Assembly (NCBI GenBank): GCA_027592645.1
Contig: JAQCKI010000003.1
Span: 1-61,070 of the forward strand
DNA from: Chloroflexota bacterium
Lineage (GTDB): Bacteria; Chloroflexota; Dehalococcoidia; UBA2979
Length of the DNA: 61,070 nucleotides
Reading direction: 5' to 3'
Shown piece by piece: positions 45,539 to 55,612 of this stretch. Position numbers and translations under genes: made by a program. How positions within the stretch are numbered: the stretch's first letter is position 1; each line of letters opens with the position of its first letter. The notes beneath the pieces are model-generated. The model worked only from the letters and a program-made list of their open reading frames with translations. It was not told the DNA's origin and did not search any database.

Positions 45539-46558
45539 ATGTCCCTAGAACCGTTTCCCTCCACGTCGCGCCCCGCGCCCGCTCCGCGCCGGGTCGTGAT
45601 CATCGCCAACCCCGCGGCCCGTAGAGGAGTACCGGAGCACGTACTGCGCGTCGCCGCCGGGCGCGCCCTCCCCGGCTGGGACGTCGAGATCGCGGTCACC
45701 CAGGGCCGGGCGGACGCCGCGCGCCTCGGCGAGGCCGCCGCGCGTGTGGGCGTGGAGGTGGTCGTCGCCTGCGGTGGCGATGGCACGCTGAACGGCGTCC
45801 TGAACGGCGTCCTCGCCGCGCCGGGTAGCAAGGGCGCTCGACCTGCCATCGGCCTGATCCCCGCCGGCACAGCTAACGTGTGGGCGAAGGAGGCGGGCAT
45901 CCCCCACGACCCCGAGCGCGCGCTTGCGCTGTTGGAGGCAGGCCTGCGCGTCCCGCTGGATGTGGGTGTCGCCACGCTCCGAGGCGTCGACCGACGGTTC
46001 CTGCTGATGTGTGGCATCGGCCTCGATGCCGCCGTGGTGCGTCGGGTGGAGGCGCGACCGAGGCTGAAGTACCGGCTGGGCCCACTGGCGTTCGCCGGTC
46101 AGGGGCTCGGCGTCCTCGCGCGCCTGCATGCGCCATACGCCCGCGTCACGGTCGATGGCGTGGAGGAGCGCCTGCGTCTCGCGCTCGGTGTGGCGGCGAA
46201 CACCCGGCTGTACGGGGGCGTCACGCGGATCGCCGCCACGGCGCGCGCGGACGATGGCCTGTTGGACATGGTGACGTTCGCCTCCGGCGGTCGAGGTGCG
46301 GTCGCCGCCAGTGCCCGGCAGGTGATCGCCGCTCTGCGGGGCGGCCTCGACCGTTCGACCGTGCGAGGCGTCTCCTACCGCCGCGGTGCACGGGTCACGG
46401 TGGCACCGGAGCGGGCACTCGCGGTGCAGGTCGATGGCGAGTGGATCGGTGAGTGCGGGCCAGAGGCGCCGTTGACGCTCACGGTGGAGCCGCGTGCCGC
46501 CACGTTCGTAGTGCCTGCCGTGCCGAGCCCGCTGTTCAGCCTGCCGGCAGTGCCGTGA
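45539..46558 (+). CDS. Diacylglycerol kinase family lipid kinase
   Basis: IANPAA, CGGDGTLN, IPAGTANV, GIGLDA, YGG, DDGLLD, QVDGE. Confidence 0.92.
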   Translation: MSLEPFPSTSRPAPAPRRVVIIANPAARRGVPEHVLRVAAGRALPGWDVEIAVTQGRADAARLGEAAARVGVEVVVACGGDGTLNGVLNGVLAAPGSKGARPAIGLIPAGTANVWAKEAGIPHDPERALALLEAGLRVPLDVGVATLRGVDRRFLLMCGIGLDAAVVRRVEARPRLKYRLGPLAFAGQGLGVLARLHAPYARVTVDGVEERLRLALGVAANTRLYGGVTRIAATARADDGLLDMVTFASGGRGAVAASARQVIAALRGGLDRSTVRGVSYRRGARVTVAPERALAVQVDGEWIGECGPEAPLTLTVEPRAATFVVPAVPSPLFSLPAVP

Positions 46559-47714
46559 CCTCGCCCGCCGCCAGGCGGTAGCGCGTCGCACCCGGCAGTT
46601 CCTCGCGCGACGGTCGATCCGCATCGGGCGTCGTGATCAACACCTGGTCGACGCCATAGGCGACGTTCAACACGCGCTGCCGGCGGCCCGGGTCGAGTTC
46701 CGACAGGATGTCGTCCAGCAGCAGCACCGGTGGGTCGCCTGTCCTGGACTTCGATAGTTCGACCTCCGCCAGCCGCAGCGCCAGCACTGCCGTCCGCTGC
46801 TGCCCGCGCGAGGCGCTGATCGCCGCGGGGTGACCGCCGATCGTGAAGCGCACATCGTCGCGATGTGGCCCCCAGCGCGTCATCCCGCGGCGTAGGTCCT
46901 CGGCGCGCTCCACCTGCAGCGCCGCGCGGATGCGTGCGCCCAGGTCATGCTCGCGGACGACCTCGGGCAGATCGCCCGGCAGGCGCGGCTCGTAGCAGGC
47001 CTCGAGTTGCTCCGCCTCGGTCGCGGCGAGTTCCACGTACTTCGCGGCCGCGTCCCGTGCCAGCCGCCGGATCGCCTCTGCGCGCGCGGCGACGATGATT
47101 GCGCCGGCCTCGGCGAGTTCGTCGTCCCAGAAGTCCAGTTCATCCTGCCGGCCGCGGCGTTCCGCGAGTCGGCGGAGCAGCGAGTTCCGCTGCTCCAGGA
47201 CGCGCTGGTACCGCTGCAGCGCGCGCAGGTAGGCCGGGTTCAACTGCGAGATCGTGATATCCAGGTAGCGCCGCCGGTTTGCGGGCGGACCGTCGATGAT
47301 CGAGAGGTCGTCCGCGGAGAACATCACCACGCGCAACTGCCCGACGAGGTCGCTCGCGCGGCGGGCGACGCCGTTCACCCGGAAGCGCCGAGACGCGCGC
47401 GTCGGTGGGATACCGGGCATCGTCTCGCCCGCGATCACCACGATCTCCAGCGCTCGCCGGCCCTCGCGCGTCTCGACGATCGCCTCCATGCGCGCCGCGG
47501 GGAGCGGGTCGTCTCGCACCGCGTTCCACGCGATCAGGTCCAGATCTGAGCCGGTCCGAAGCGTGCGTGTGGTCGCCAGCATCTGGATCGCGTCCAGCAG
47601 GTTGCTCTTGCCCTGCGCGTTCTCGGCTTCGATTACGTGCACGCCGGGGGAGAGCGCCAGTTCCAGCCGGCGGAAGGTGCGCACGTTGTTCAGGGTGAGG
47701 TGGGAGAGGTGCAT
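46536..47714 (-). CDS. recF: DNA replication/repair protein RecF
   Basis: NAQGKSNLL, GPP..RRRYLD, LEQRNSLL, GPHRDD, ASRGQQR, LLLDDILSELD. Confidence 0.95.
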   Translation of the reverse strand: MHLSHLTLNNVRTFRRLELALSPGVHVIEAENAQGKSNLLDAIQMLATTRTLRTGSDLDLIAWNAVRDDPLPAARMEAIVETREGRRALEIVVIAGETMPGIPPTRASRRFRVNGVARRASDLVGQLRVVMFSADDLSIIDGPPANRRRYLDITISQLNPAYLRALQRYQRVLEQRNSLLRRLAERRGRQDELDFWDDELAEAGAIIVAARAEAIRRLARDAAAKYVELAATEAEQLEACYEPRLPGDLPEVVREHDLGARIRAALQVERAEDLRRGMTRWGPHRDDVRFTIGGHPAAISASRGQQRTAVLALRLAEVELSKSRTGDPPVLLLDDILSELDPGRRQRVLNVAYGVDQVLITTPDADRPSREELPGATRYRLAAGEVTALPAG

Positions 47715-47751
47715 GCAGCCGCGATTATCGCACGCGTCGCCCGTGCGTCCG

Positions 47752-49143
47752 TCAGGCGGAGCGGGGGACCTCCACCGAGAGCCGCGCCCCGCCCGCGTCC
47801 GATGCCTCTGCCCAGATACGCCCACCGCATGCATCGGTCAGGCGCTTGGCAACGGCCAGCCCCAGGCCGGAGCCGGGCACGGCGTGCTCCATATCCTTTG
47901 CGCGGTAGTACGGCTCAAAGATGCGGTCGCGCTCACCCGCAGGGATACCCGGCCCGGAGTCTTCCACCACGATCCGCACCAGAGTCCCATCCACGGGGAA
48001 CGCCGTCAGACCAATGGTGCCGCCGGGCGGCGTGTAGCGGTTGGCGTTGGAAAGTAGATTGAGGAGTATCTGCTCCAGCAACCGTGGATCCACCCACGCA
48101 CGGAGTTCACCCCCCGGCAGGTCGACGGTGAGTTCCTGCGCGCGCAGGATCACGGCGGGCCGCAGGGTGGCCTCGGCCGCGCGGATGATCGGTGCGATGT
48201 CCACCTCGCGACGGTCGACCGCCAGCTCGACGGCGGACGTCCGCCCGAGGTCGATCAGGTCGTTCACCAGTGCGCTGAGGCGATCCACGCTGGTTCCGAG
48301 TGACGCCACCAGGTCGCGTGCCGTCTCATCCATCGTGTTCTGGTCGAGCCGGAGCAGTTCGGCGAACGCCTGGATCGAGGTGAGGGGCGTCCGAATCTCG
48401 TGGGAGATCGAAGCCATGAACTCGCGGCGGCGCTCGTCCAACCCTTCCAGGTCGCGCTCGCGGCGGTAGGCGGCCTCGTAGAGGGCGGCGTGGTCAAAGG
48501 CGGCACCGAGGCGGTTCGCCAGCATCTCTCGCATCACCGGGTCGGCGAGCGGCCCCGGGCGGCGGGAGGCGATCAGCACCAGGCCGACCGGCTCCGCGTC
48601 GGTGCGCAGCGGTATCTGTGCCACCCAGGGCCGTGCGCCCAGGATCTCACGCGCCGGCTCAAGCCATTCGTGGACGTGGCGCTGCCGCTCCCATGCGACG
48701 GCCTCGTCCACCACTTCGGCCCCGGCCGGGGGTGCCGAATCCAGCCATGCGCGCGGGTAGCCCGTCGCAGCGAGCGGGCGGATCGGCCCGCCGTCTGAGT
48801 CCACGATCGACACGATGCTTGCGTCGCCGACGCCGAGCGAGGCGAGCAGGTGCAGCACCTCGGTGGCGGTGTCCTGGATGTTGCGCGGCTCGGACAGCAG
48901 ATCGAGCAGCACTGTCGACGTCGCCGCGCGGCGTCGGTCGCGACGGAGGCGCCGGAGCGACCATCCTGCGACCAGCAACAGTGCCAACGCGAAGCCGCCG
49001 TTCACCGCGAGCCCTCGGTCAGTCAGCGGCTCGCCAACCGCCGCCAGCAGCGCGGCGTGGACACCGAAGAGCACACCGGTGGCAGCGATCAGCGCCATCC
49101 AGAGGCGTCGCGTGCTCAGGCTCGCCTGATGTAGGGGATTCAC
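47752..49143 (-). CDS. Sensor histidine kinase (2 TM, GAF-like, HisKA, HATPase)
   Basis: SHEIRTPLTSI, QILLNLLSNA.RY, DSGPGI, IFEPYYR, GSGLGL. Confidence 0.92.
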   Translation of the reverse strand: MNPLHQASLSTRRLWMALIAATGVLFGVHAALLAAVGEPLTDRGLAVNGGFALALLLVAGWSLRRLRRDRRRAATSTVLLDLLSEPRNIQDTATEVLHLLASLGVGDASIVSIVDSDGGPIRPLAATGYPRAWLDSAPPAGAEVVDEAVAWERQRHVHEWLEPAREILGARPWVAQIPLRTDAEPVGLVLIASRRPGPLADPVMREMLANRLGAAFDHAALYEAAYRRERDLEGLDERRREFMASISHEIRTPLTSIQAFAELLRLDQNTMDETARDLVASLGTSVDRLSALVNDLIDLGRTSAVELAVDRREVDIAPIIRAAEATLRPAVILRAQELTVDLPGGELRAWVDPRLLEQILLNLLSNANRYTPPGGTIGLTAFPVDGTLVRIVVEDSGPGIPAGERDRIFEPYYRAKDMEHAVPGSGLGLAVAKRLTDACGGRIWAEASDAGGARLSVEVPRSA

Positions 49144-49202
49144 AGGGGAGTTCCGCCGTCCGCCAGATGATCACTCGCCGGCGGCACTGCCGCCGGCGCA
49201 GG

Positions 49203-50363
49203 TTACCGCAGGGCGATCAGTAACTCGCGATCAACCTCGGAGGCGCCGCGCACGTAGGCAGGCTCCTGGAGGCCTTCGCTCAGGCCGGCCGCGATCTCGT
49301 CGGAGTCCGTGGCCTCCAGCAGTTCAATGCGCAGCCGCGCCTCGCCCTGCGAGTAGGCCTCGACGGCGGCGTGACAGACAAACGGCAGGTTCGCCAGGAT
49401 GTCCTGCACGCGCATGAGGCCCTGGAAGCCGGAGACGGGGATCACCCGGAGGATCAGCGTGCCCTCGTCAGGCAGGAAGGTCGCCAGCGGCGGACCGTCA
49501 TCTTCCTCGGATGGGGCGTCGAATGCGTCGTGCGGCTGTGGCTGCGCCCGTGGTGCAGGTGCAGGCGGGGCCGGCGGAGCGATTGGGGGAACAGCCGCAG
49601 CCGGTGGCGGCGGCGGGGGAGCAGCCGGTGGCGGGGTGACGATTGGCGGTGCGGTGAAGACCGGCGGCGGTGCAGCGGGACGTACCGGCGGCACCGCAGA
49701 TCGAGGCAGCCCCGGCGCCTCGTCGGCCTGTTCCGGTACGGGCGCGGCGAACCGCTCGGCGACCGGGAGTGGCACCACCGTGAAGCCGGGGGTGCGCGGG
49801 GGCACCGGCTCCGCCACGGGGGCGGTTACGCGGGCCTCCGGCGTTGGGATCGAACGACCTTCGTGGAGCAGCGCCTCGATGCGATCCAGGCGCTCCTGCA
49901 CGGACCTTACTTCGCCCGTCAGGTCAGTGATTGCCTGTCGCACTTCGATGACGGACTGCTCGCTGGCCGCGCCGTGGCGGGCCTCCAGCAGGGCACGAGC
50001 GCGTTCCATGGACTCGTCCAGGATGCGCTGCGCCTGTTCGCGCGCATCCGTCAGCACGAACTCCACGTCGCTGCTTGAGCCGGTTTGGTCCGTCACGTTG
50101 TCCCGATGCTCCACCGGCCGTGGTGCCGGAATGTCGTTTTTGGTGGCCCGTGGCTGCGGCGTTTCCGGGTCGCGGGCGGGCGGTGCGGCAGAGGCTCGAG
50201 GCGCCGTGCCGGAGGCTGGACGGGAAGGCGGCGGAACCTCCGCGCCGACGGCGCGGGCGATCCGCTGCATCGCCTTCTCTTCGCTGCCGCTCAGCGCGAC
50301 GAGCAGTTCGCCTACGGCTCGAAGGACTGCGGAGGCGTTGGCGTCCGTCCCGTCCATGGTCAT
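49203..50363 (-). CDS. Hypothetical protein: coiled-coil, Pro-rich linker, small C-terminal alpha/beta domain
   Basis: ATGA overlap with the response regulator; AREQAQRILDESMERAR and LTGEVRSVQERLDRIEALL helical segments; poly-Pro stretch. Confidence 0.7.
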   Translation of the reverse strand: MTMDGTDANASAVLRAVGELLVALSGSEEKAMQRIARAVGAEVPPPSRPASGTAPRASAAPPARDPETPQPRATKNDIPAPRPVEHRDNVTDQTGSSSDVEFVLTDAREQAQRILDESMERARALLEARHGAASEQSVIEVRQAITDLTGEVRSVQERLDRIEALLHEGRSIPTPEARVTAPVAEPVPPRTPGFTVVPLPVAERFAAPVPEQADEAPGLPRSAVPPVRPAAPPPVFTAPPIVTPPPAAPPPPPPAAAVPPIAPPAPPAPAPRAQPQPHDAFDAPSEEDDGPPLATFLPDEGTLILRVIPVSGFQGLMRVQDILANLPFVCHAAVEAYSQGEARLRIELLEATDSDEIAAGLSEGLQEPAYVRGASEVDRELLIALR

Positions 50364-51078
50364 GATCGCGATCCGCGTGCCGCGCCACGATCGCGCCGGA
50401 CGAACTTATACCCCACGCCACGTTCGTTGACGATCATCGGGTCGTTCTGGGGATCGTCGCCAATCTTTCGGCGCAGGTGCTGAATGTGGACTTTCAGGTA
50501 GTCCGTCTCATCCATGTACTCGCGTCCCCATACCTTGGCGAGCAGGGTGCGGAACGTCAGCACGCGGTTCTCGTTACGAGTGAGGTGGTACAGCAGGCCG
50601 TACTCGATCGGCGTCAGTTTGATCGGGTCGCCGCTCAGCAGCACATCGCGGCTGGCGTAATCGATGAAGAGCGGGCCCGCCTCGTAGGGTGGGCCGTCGC
50701 TGGCGGGAACCTGTGACTCCGTACGACGGAGGACGGCGCGCACGCGGGCGAGCAACTCGGTGTGGGAGAACGGCTTCGTGACATAGTCGTCCGCGCCCAG
50801 TTCCAGTCCCTTCACCTTGTCCACTTCCTCGTGGCGGGCGGACAGCATCACCACCGGCACGTCCGAGGACTGGCGGATGCGCGCGAGCACCTCAAAGCCG
50901 TCGATGTCTGGCAGACCGATGTCCAGGATGATGATGTCCGGGGCGTCCTGCTCCGCGAGCAGCACGCCCTCCTCGCCGGCCCCAGCGCTGACGACATCCG
51001 CCTCCGGCCAACGGAGGTTGAACGTCATCGAACGATCTCGACGACATCCGGCTCATCATCGATCACCAGTACGCGCAT
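50360..51078 (-). pseudogene. OmpR-family response regulator with apparent 1-nt deletion near 51029-51033 (real lesion or sequencing error)
   Basis: ATG at 51078 gives MRVLVIDDEPDVVEIVR then TGA; the rest (MTFNLRW..ILDIGLP..GADDYVTKPF..wHTH) is in another frame. Confidence 0.8.
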
Positions 51079-51087
51079 GTGCACAGT

Positions 51088-51096
51088 TTATCCACA
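51088..51096 (+). promoter_or_regulatory. Perfect DnaA box TTATCCACA
   Basis: Exact consensus 9 nt upstream of the response regulator ATG; a degenerate TGTGCACA abuts the ATG. Confidence 0.55.
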
Positions 51097-51214
51097 TTGT
51101 CATCTTCCGGCAGCGATCCGTATTCCCGGTCGCAGCCACTCTGACAGGCTCCCGATCCAGTGCGCAGACGCTACGCTGCGCTCCGAAGTTCGCCATTGCG
51201 AGGGAGAGTGACCG

Positions 51215-52879
51215 ATGCAGATGACTGGTGGCCAGGCGCTGGCCCAATCACTCAAGATCGAGGGCATTGACACGCTCTTCGCGCTACCCGGCATTCAACT
51301 GGACTACCTCTTCGATGCGATCTGGGAGGAACGCGCGCACTACCGCGTGCACCACACCCGCCATGAGCAGGCCACCGCCTACATGGCGGATGGTTACGCG
51401 CGGGCCACGGGCCGCATCGGCACGTTCGTGGTGGTGCCGGGCCCGGGCGTGCTGAACGCCTCGGCGGCACTCTCGACGGCCTACGCGTGCTCGTCGCCTG
51501 TCCTGTGCGTGACCGGCCAGATCGACTCCGCGCAGATCGACAAGGGTCGAGGGGCGCTGCACGAGATCAACGACCAGCCGGGCCTGCTCTCCCACCTCAC
51601 CAAGCGTTCTGAGCGGGCGATGCGGCCGGAGGAGATCCCGGCGATGGTGCGCCGTGCGGCGGAGTCGCTGCAGACCGGCCGCGCTCGCCCCGCCTCGATC
51701 GAGGTGCCACCGGACGTGCTGGGCACGGTCGCGGACGTGACGCTGCTGGAGCCAGAGTCGTGGGATCGGTCGGCACTCCATCGCGCCGATCCTGATCTGC
51801 TTGAGCAGGCCGCGAAGATCCTCGGCCAGGCGGAGCGCCCGCTGATCTGCGCCGGTGGTGGCGTGCTCTCCGCCGATGCCTGGGAAGAGGTGGCGGAACT
51901 TGCGAGGATGCTCGAGGCGCCGGTGCTGATGACGCCCAACGGCCGCGGCATCCTCTCCGACCGCGACTACCGAGCGCACTCGGGCCGCACGGCCACCGTG
52001 GAACTGGTCCCGAATGCGGACGCGATCCTGGTGATCGGCACGCGCTTCGTGCTCGCTGCGAACATGGGCGCGGGTGCAACCAAGGTGAACGGCCGCGTGG
52101 TGCAGGCCGACATCGACCCGGAGGAGGTTGGCCGCAACGTCACCCCGGAGGTCGGCCTCGTCGGTGACGCGCGCTACACGGCGTCCGAGTTGCTGAAGCG
52201 CGTCCCGAAGTACAACCGCGCCCGTGCCTCGCGCGAGACGGAACTGCGCGCGCTGCGCACCGGCCACGAGGCGGCCCTCGCGCGCACGCCGTGGCAGCAG
52301 GAGATGGCGAACGCGATCCGGGACGTGCTGCCAGAGGATGGCATCCTCGTCTCGGAGAGCACCCAGGTCGGCTACTACGTGCAGGGCGGCGGCTTCCCGA
52401 TCTACCAGCCGCGCACGATGTTCACGTCCGGCTACCAGGGCACGCTCGGCTACGGCTTCGCCACTGCGCTCGGGGTACAGGTCGGCAGTCCCGGTCGCAA
52501 GGTGGTCTCGATCAATGGTGATGGCGGGTTCATGTACAACGTGCAAGAACTCTCCACGCAGGCGCAGCAGAACATTCCGCTGGTGACGATCGTGTTTAAC
52601 GACGGCATGTTCGGGAACGTGCGACGCATCCAGGAGCAGCGCTACAACGGCCACGGCATGGGCACGGAACTGAACAACCCGGACTTCGCGCGCGTCGCGG
52701 AGTCCTTCGGTGTCGCCGGGTTCAAGGCGAAGACCGGTGACGATCTGCGCAAGGTGCTGCGCGAGGCGTTCGATCTCAACGGCCCCGCGCTGATCGAGGT
52801 CACCCAGCCGCCGACGCCCACGCTGCCCGGCATGGCGCCGATGCAGCCGCTGCCGCCGCGGCCTACGTTGAACCTGTAA
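51215..52879 (+). CDS. Thiamine-diphosphate-dependent enzyme (acetolactate synthase-like)
   Basis: TRHEQ...MADGYAR, VVPGPG, GTLGYG, GDGGF...FNDG ThDP motif. Confidence 0.92.
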   Translation: MQMTGGQALAQSLKIEGIDTLFALPGIQLDYLFDAIWEERAHYRVHHTRHEQATAYMADGYARATGRIGTFVVVPGPGVLNASAALSTAYACSSPVLCVTGQIDSAQIDKGRGALHEINDQPGLLSHLTKRSERAMRPEEIPAMVRRAAESLQTGRARPASIEVPPDVLGTVADVTLLEPESWDRSALHRADPDLLEQAAKILGQAERPLICAGGGVLSADAWEEVAELARMLEAPVLMTPNGRGILSDRDYRAHSGRTATVELVPNADAILVIGTRFVLAANMGAGATKVNGRVVQADIDPEEVGRNVTPEVGLVGDARYTASELLKRVPKYNRARASRETELRALRTGHEAALARTPWQQEMANAIRDVLPEDGILVSESTQVGYYVQGGGFPIYQPRTMFTSGYQGTLGYGFATALGVQVGSPGRKVVSINGDGGFMYNVQELSTQAQQNIPLVTIVFNDGMFGNVRRIQEQRYNGHGMGTELNNPDFARVAESFGVAGFKAKTGDDLRKVLREAFDLNGPALIEVTQPPTPTLPGMAPMQPLPPRPTLNL

Positions 52880-52969
52880 GGGCGAACCGGGCACATCCGA
52901 GGGGCTGCACACCTGTGGAGGCCGCGGAGCCCTCGTTGCGAGACTGACGGATCGTGAGTGGAGTACGGC

Positions 52970-54010
52970 ATGGCTGATCGCATCCGCATAGGCGTCATTG
53001 GCGCAGGTGGGAACACCCGCGTCCGCCACATCCCCGGCCTCCAGGCGATCGAGGGCGTGGAGATCGTGGCGGTCTGCAACCGCTCGCAGGAGAGCGGCCA
53101 GCGCGTCGCGGACGAGTTCGGGATCGCTCGGGTGGTGACTGACCCCCGCGCGATCATCGACGACCCGGAGATCGATGCCGTGGTCATCGGCACGTGGCCC
53201 TACCGCCACCGCGAGTACGTCGTGGCGGCGCTGGAGGCCGGCAAGCACGTCCTCACCGAAGCGCGCATGGCGATGGACGCGACCGAGGCGCGCGAGATGC
53301 TCGCCGCGGCACGTCAGCACCCGGATTGCGTCGCGCAGATCGTCCCCTCGCCGTTGGACTTCAAGACCTGGCGCACGATTCGACGGATGGTGCAGGACGG
53401 GACGCTGGGTGACGTGCTGGAGGCGCACGTCAACATCCTGGGCGGCGGTAGCCTGAACCGCGCCACGCCGCTGCACTGGCGCGAGCGGGCCGACTACTCC
53501 GGCACCAACACTATGACGTTTGGCCTCTACCTGGAGGCGCTGCACCGCTGGCTCGGCCCGACGAAGCGTGTGATGGCGGACGGACACGTCTTCGTCGCCG
53601 AGCGCATCGATCCCGAGACCGGCAAGCCGCACACCATCGACGTGCCGGACAGCCTCGGCGTGCTCGCGGTGATGGAGAGCGGGACGCGCGTCTCCTACCG
53701 GGTGAGCGCCGTCACCGCCTCCCCGGCGGCGCCCAACGGCGTCTCGCTCTACGGCACGAAGGCGACGCTGCACTGGCAGCCGGGCGAGCGCATGACGCTG
53801 GTGCCGCTCGGTGGCGAGGCGCAGGCGGTGGAGCCTGACCCCGGCACCGCCGGCGACTGGCGCGTGGAGGCCGACTTCGTCGACTCGATCCGCGACGGCG
53901 CCCCGGTGATCCTCACCAACTTCGAGGACGGCCTGCTCTACATGCGTGTCACGGAGGCCGTGACCCGCTCCCGCCTCGAGGGCCGCGCAGTCGACATCGC
54001 GGAGGTGTAG
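52970..54010 (+). CDS. Gfo/Idh/MocA family oxidoreductase
   Basis: IGVIGAGG, DAVVIGTWP..H, AGKHVLTEARMA. Confidence 0.9.
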   Translation: MADRIRIGVIGAGGNTRVRHIPGLQAIEGVEIVAVCNRSQESGQRVADEFGIARVVTDPRAIIDDPEIDAVVIGTWPYRHREYVVAALEAGKHVLTEARMAMDATEAREMLAAARQHPDCVAQIVPSPLDFKTWRTIRRMVQDGTLGDVLEAHVNILGGGSLNRATPLHWRERADYSGTNTMTFGLYLEALHRWLGPTKRVMADGHVFVAERIDPETGKPHTIDVPDSLGVLAVMESGTRVSYRVSAVTASPAAPNGVSLYGTKATLHWQPGERMTLVPLGGEAQAVEPDPGTAGDWRVEADFVDSIRDGAPVILTNFEDGLLYMRVTEAVTRSRLEGRAVDIAEV

Positions 54011-54054
54011 CGATGCCCGGTTACGTGGTGCAGTCAGAGCGCGAACCATGGGGG

Positions 54055-54420
54055 ATGCAGGCGCTGCTGTTCCGCTTCGTCATCAACCTCGCCGGGTTGT
54101 TCCTGGCTGATGTGATCGTGCCCGGCATCGAAATCGGCGACTGGCAGTCGCTGCTGGCGGGCACTGCGATCTTCGCGATCGTGAACATCCTGCTGCGGCC
54201 GCTGGCGACGTTCTTTGCGTTCTGCCTGATCATCTTCACGTTCGGGCTGTTCGTGCTGGTCATCAACACCGCGCTGCTCGGTGCGACCGCGTGGGTCGCG
54301 GGGCAACTCGATCTCGCCTTCACGATCGATGGCTTCTGGTCCGCCTTCTTCGGCGCGCTCATCATCTCGATCGTCTCGATGATCGCCTCGATGACCGTGC
54401 GCGGGCGCGTCGTTCGCTGA
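54055..54420 (+). CDS. YvlD/DUF360 (4TM holin-like) membrane protein
   Basis: VPGI, VN.LLRP, TFGLF.LVIN, GFWSAFFGALIIS. Confidence 0.85.
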   Translation: MQALLFRFVINLAGLFLADVIVPGIEIGDWQSLLAGTAIFAIVNILLRPLATFFAFCLIIFTFGLFVLVINTALLGATAWVAGQLDLAFTIDGFWSAFFGALIISIVSMIASMTVRGRVVR

Positions 54421-54487
54421 CTGCGCGGGCACGAGGTGCCTCGGGCGGGCTGGTAGACTGCGGGAACCGCACCACCACCCCGAGAAA

Positions 54488-55591
54488 GTGAGCCACGCGA
54501 TGACGCGAACCGCGCGCCTCGCCGGCATGGTGTCGCTGACGTTGCTCCTCGCCGCCTGCACCGGCAATGACGAGGGACCGGTGGCCACCGCCACCGTCGA
54601 GGGCTCCCCGTCCGCCGCTGCCACGTCCTCGGCGTCCGCGACGGCGGAACCGACCCCCGAGGCCACCCCGGAACCCACCGCTACCGCACCCCTCGGGCCG
54701 TTCGAGGGCGTCGCGCAGTCCTACCCGGTGCCCCCCGGCAGCGGCCCGCACGATGTGGCTCCCGCCGTCAATGGTGGCGTGTGGTACACGGCACAGCGCG
54801 CCGGAGCGCTCGGGCACCTGGGTCCGGTGACGGGCGACACGCGCCACATCCCGCTTGGTGCCGGCTCGGCACCGCACGGCGTGATCGTCGGGCCGGACGG
54901 CGCCGCGTGGGTCACGGACAGCGGGCTGAACGCGATGGTGCGTGTCGATGCCGTGACCGACGAGGTCACCGTGTACCCGCTCCCGGGCCCGCGCGCGAAC
55001 CTGAACACCGCAGCGTTCGACGGCCGCGGCCGCATCTGGTTCACCGGACAGGCGGGTTACTACGGGCGGCTGGACCCGGCGACCGGCGACCTCGCGGTCT
55101 TCGATGCGCCTCGGGGCCGCGGTCCGTACGGCATCGCCGCCACGCCGGGCGGCGAGATCTACTACGCCTCGCTCGCGGGGAACCACATCGCGCACATCAA
55201 CCTGGACACGGACGAGGCGACGGTGATCGAGCCGCCCACCGCCGGCCAGGGCGCGCGTCGTGTGTGGTCGGACTCGCAGGGCAACATCTGGGTGAGCGAA
55301 TGGAACAGTGGCCAGGTCTCGCGCTACACACCTTCCAGCGGCGCATGGGCGGCGTGGCGGCTGCCCGGCGAATCGCCGCAGGCGTACTCGGTCTACGTCG
55401 ATGAGCGCGACGCGGTCTGGCTCACCGACTTCCGCGCGAACGCCGTCGTCCGCTTCGACCCGGTGACCGAGGAGTTCGTGTCGTTCCTGAACGCCGGTAC
55501 GCCCGGCAACGTCCGCCAGATGCTCGGCCGGCCGGGCGAGGTGTGGGCGCCCGAGTCGGCGAACGATCTGCTGACTGTGATCCGGTACTAG
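54488..55591 (+). CDS. Virginiamycin B lyase (Vgb)-family beta-propeller lipoprotein
   Basis: Lipobox LLAAC; repeats PHDVAP..G.VWY, PHGV..GPDG.AW, GPYGI..TP.G, GARRVWSDS.G.IW. Confidence 0.8.
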   Translation: MSHAMTRTARLAGMVSLTLLLAACTGNDEGPVATATVEGSPSAAATSSASATAEPTPEATPEPTATAPLGPFEGVAQSYPVPPGSGPHDVAPAVNGGVWYTAQRAGALGHLGPVTGDTRHIPLGAGSAPHGVIVGPDGAAWVTDSGLNAMVRVDAVTDEVTVYPLPGPRANLNTAAFDGRGRIWFTGQAGYYGRLDPATGDLAVFDAPRGRGPYGIAATPGGEIYYASLAGNHIAHINLDTDEATVIEPPTAGQGARRVWSDSQGNIWVSEWNSGQVSRYTPSSGAWAAWRLPGESPQAYSVYVDERDAVWLTDFRANAVVRFDPVTEEFVSFLNAGTPGNVRQMLGRPGEVWAPESANDLLTVIRY

Positions 55592-55612
55592 CGCCGGGCG
55601 ACCTCGGCCATG

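Noticed and set aside
39219-51096. Replication origin, given recF and DnaA boxes
   Set aside because: Boxes are isolated and about 12 kb apart; no box cluster, unwinding element, dnaA or dnaN.
51284-54049. Long antisense or alternate-frame ORFs (921 aa here; also 3165-4727, 37662-39227, 42676-44430)
   Set aside because: Shadow ORFs of high-GC3 genes with no recognisable motifs.
54055-54420. Prophage suggested by the holin-like gene and the XRE regulator
   Set aside because: YvlD/DUF360 proteins are widespread chromosomal genes, and no phage structural, terminase or integrase genes are present.
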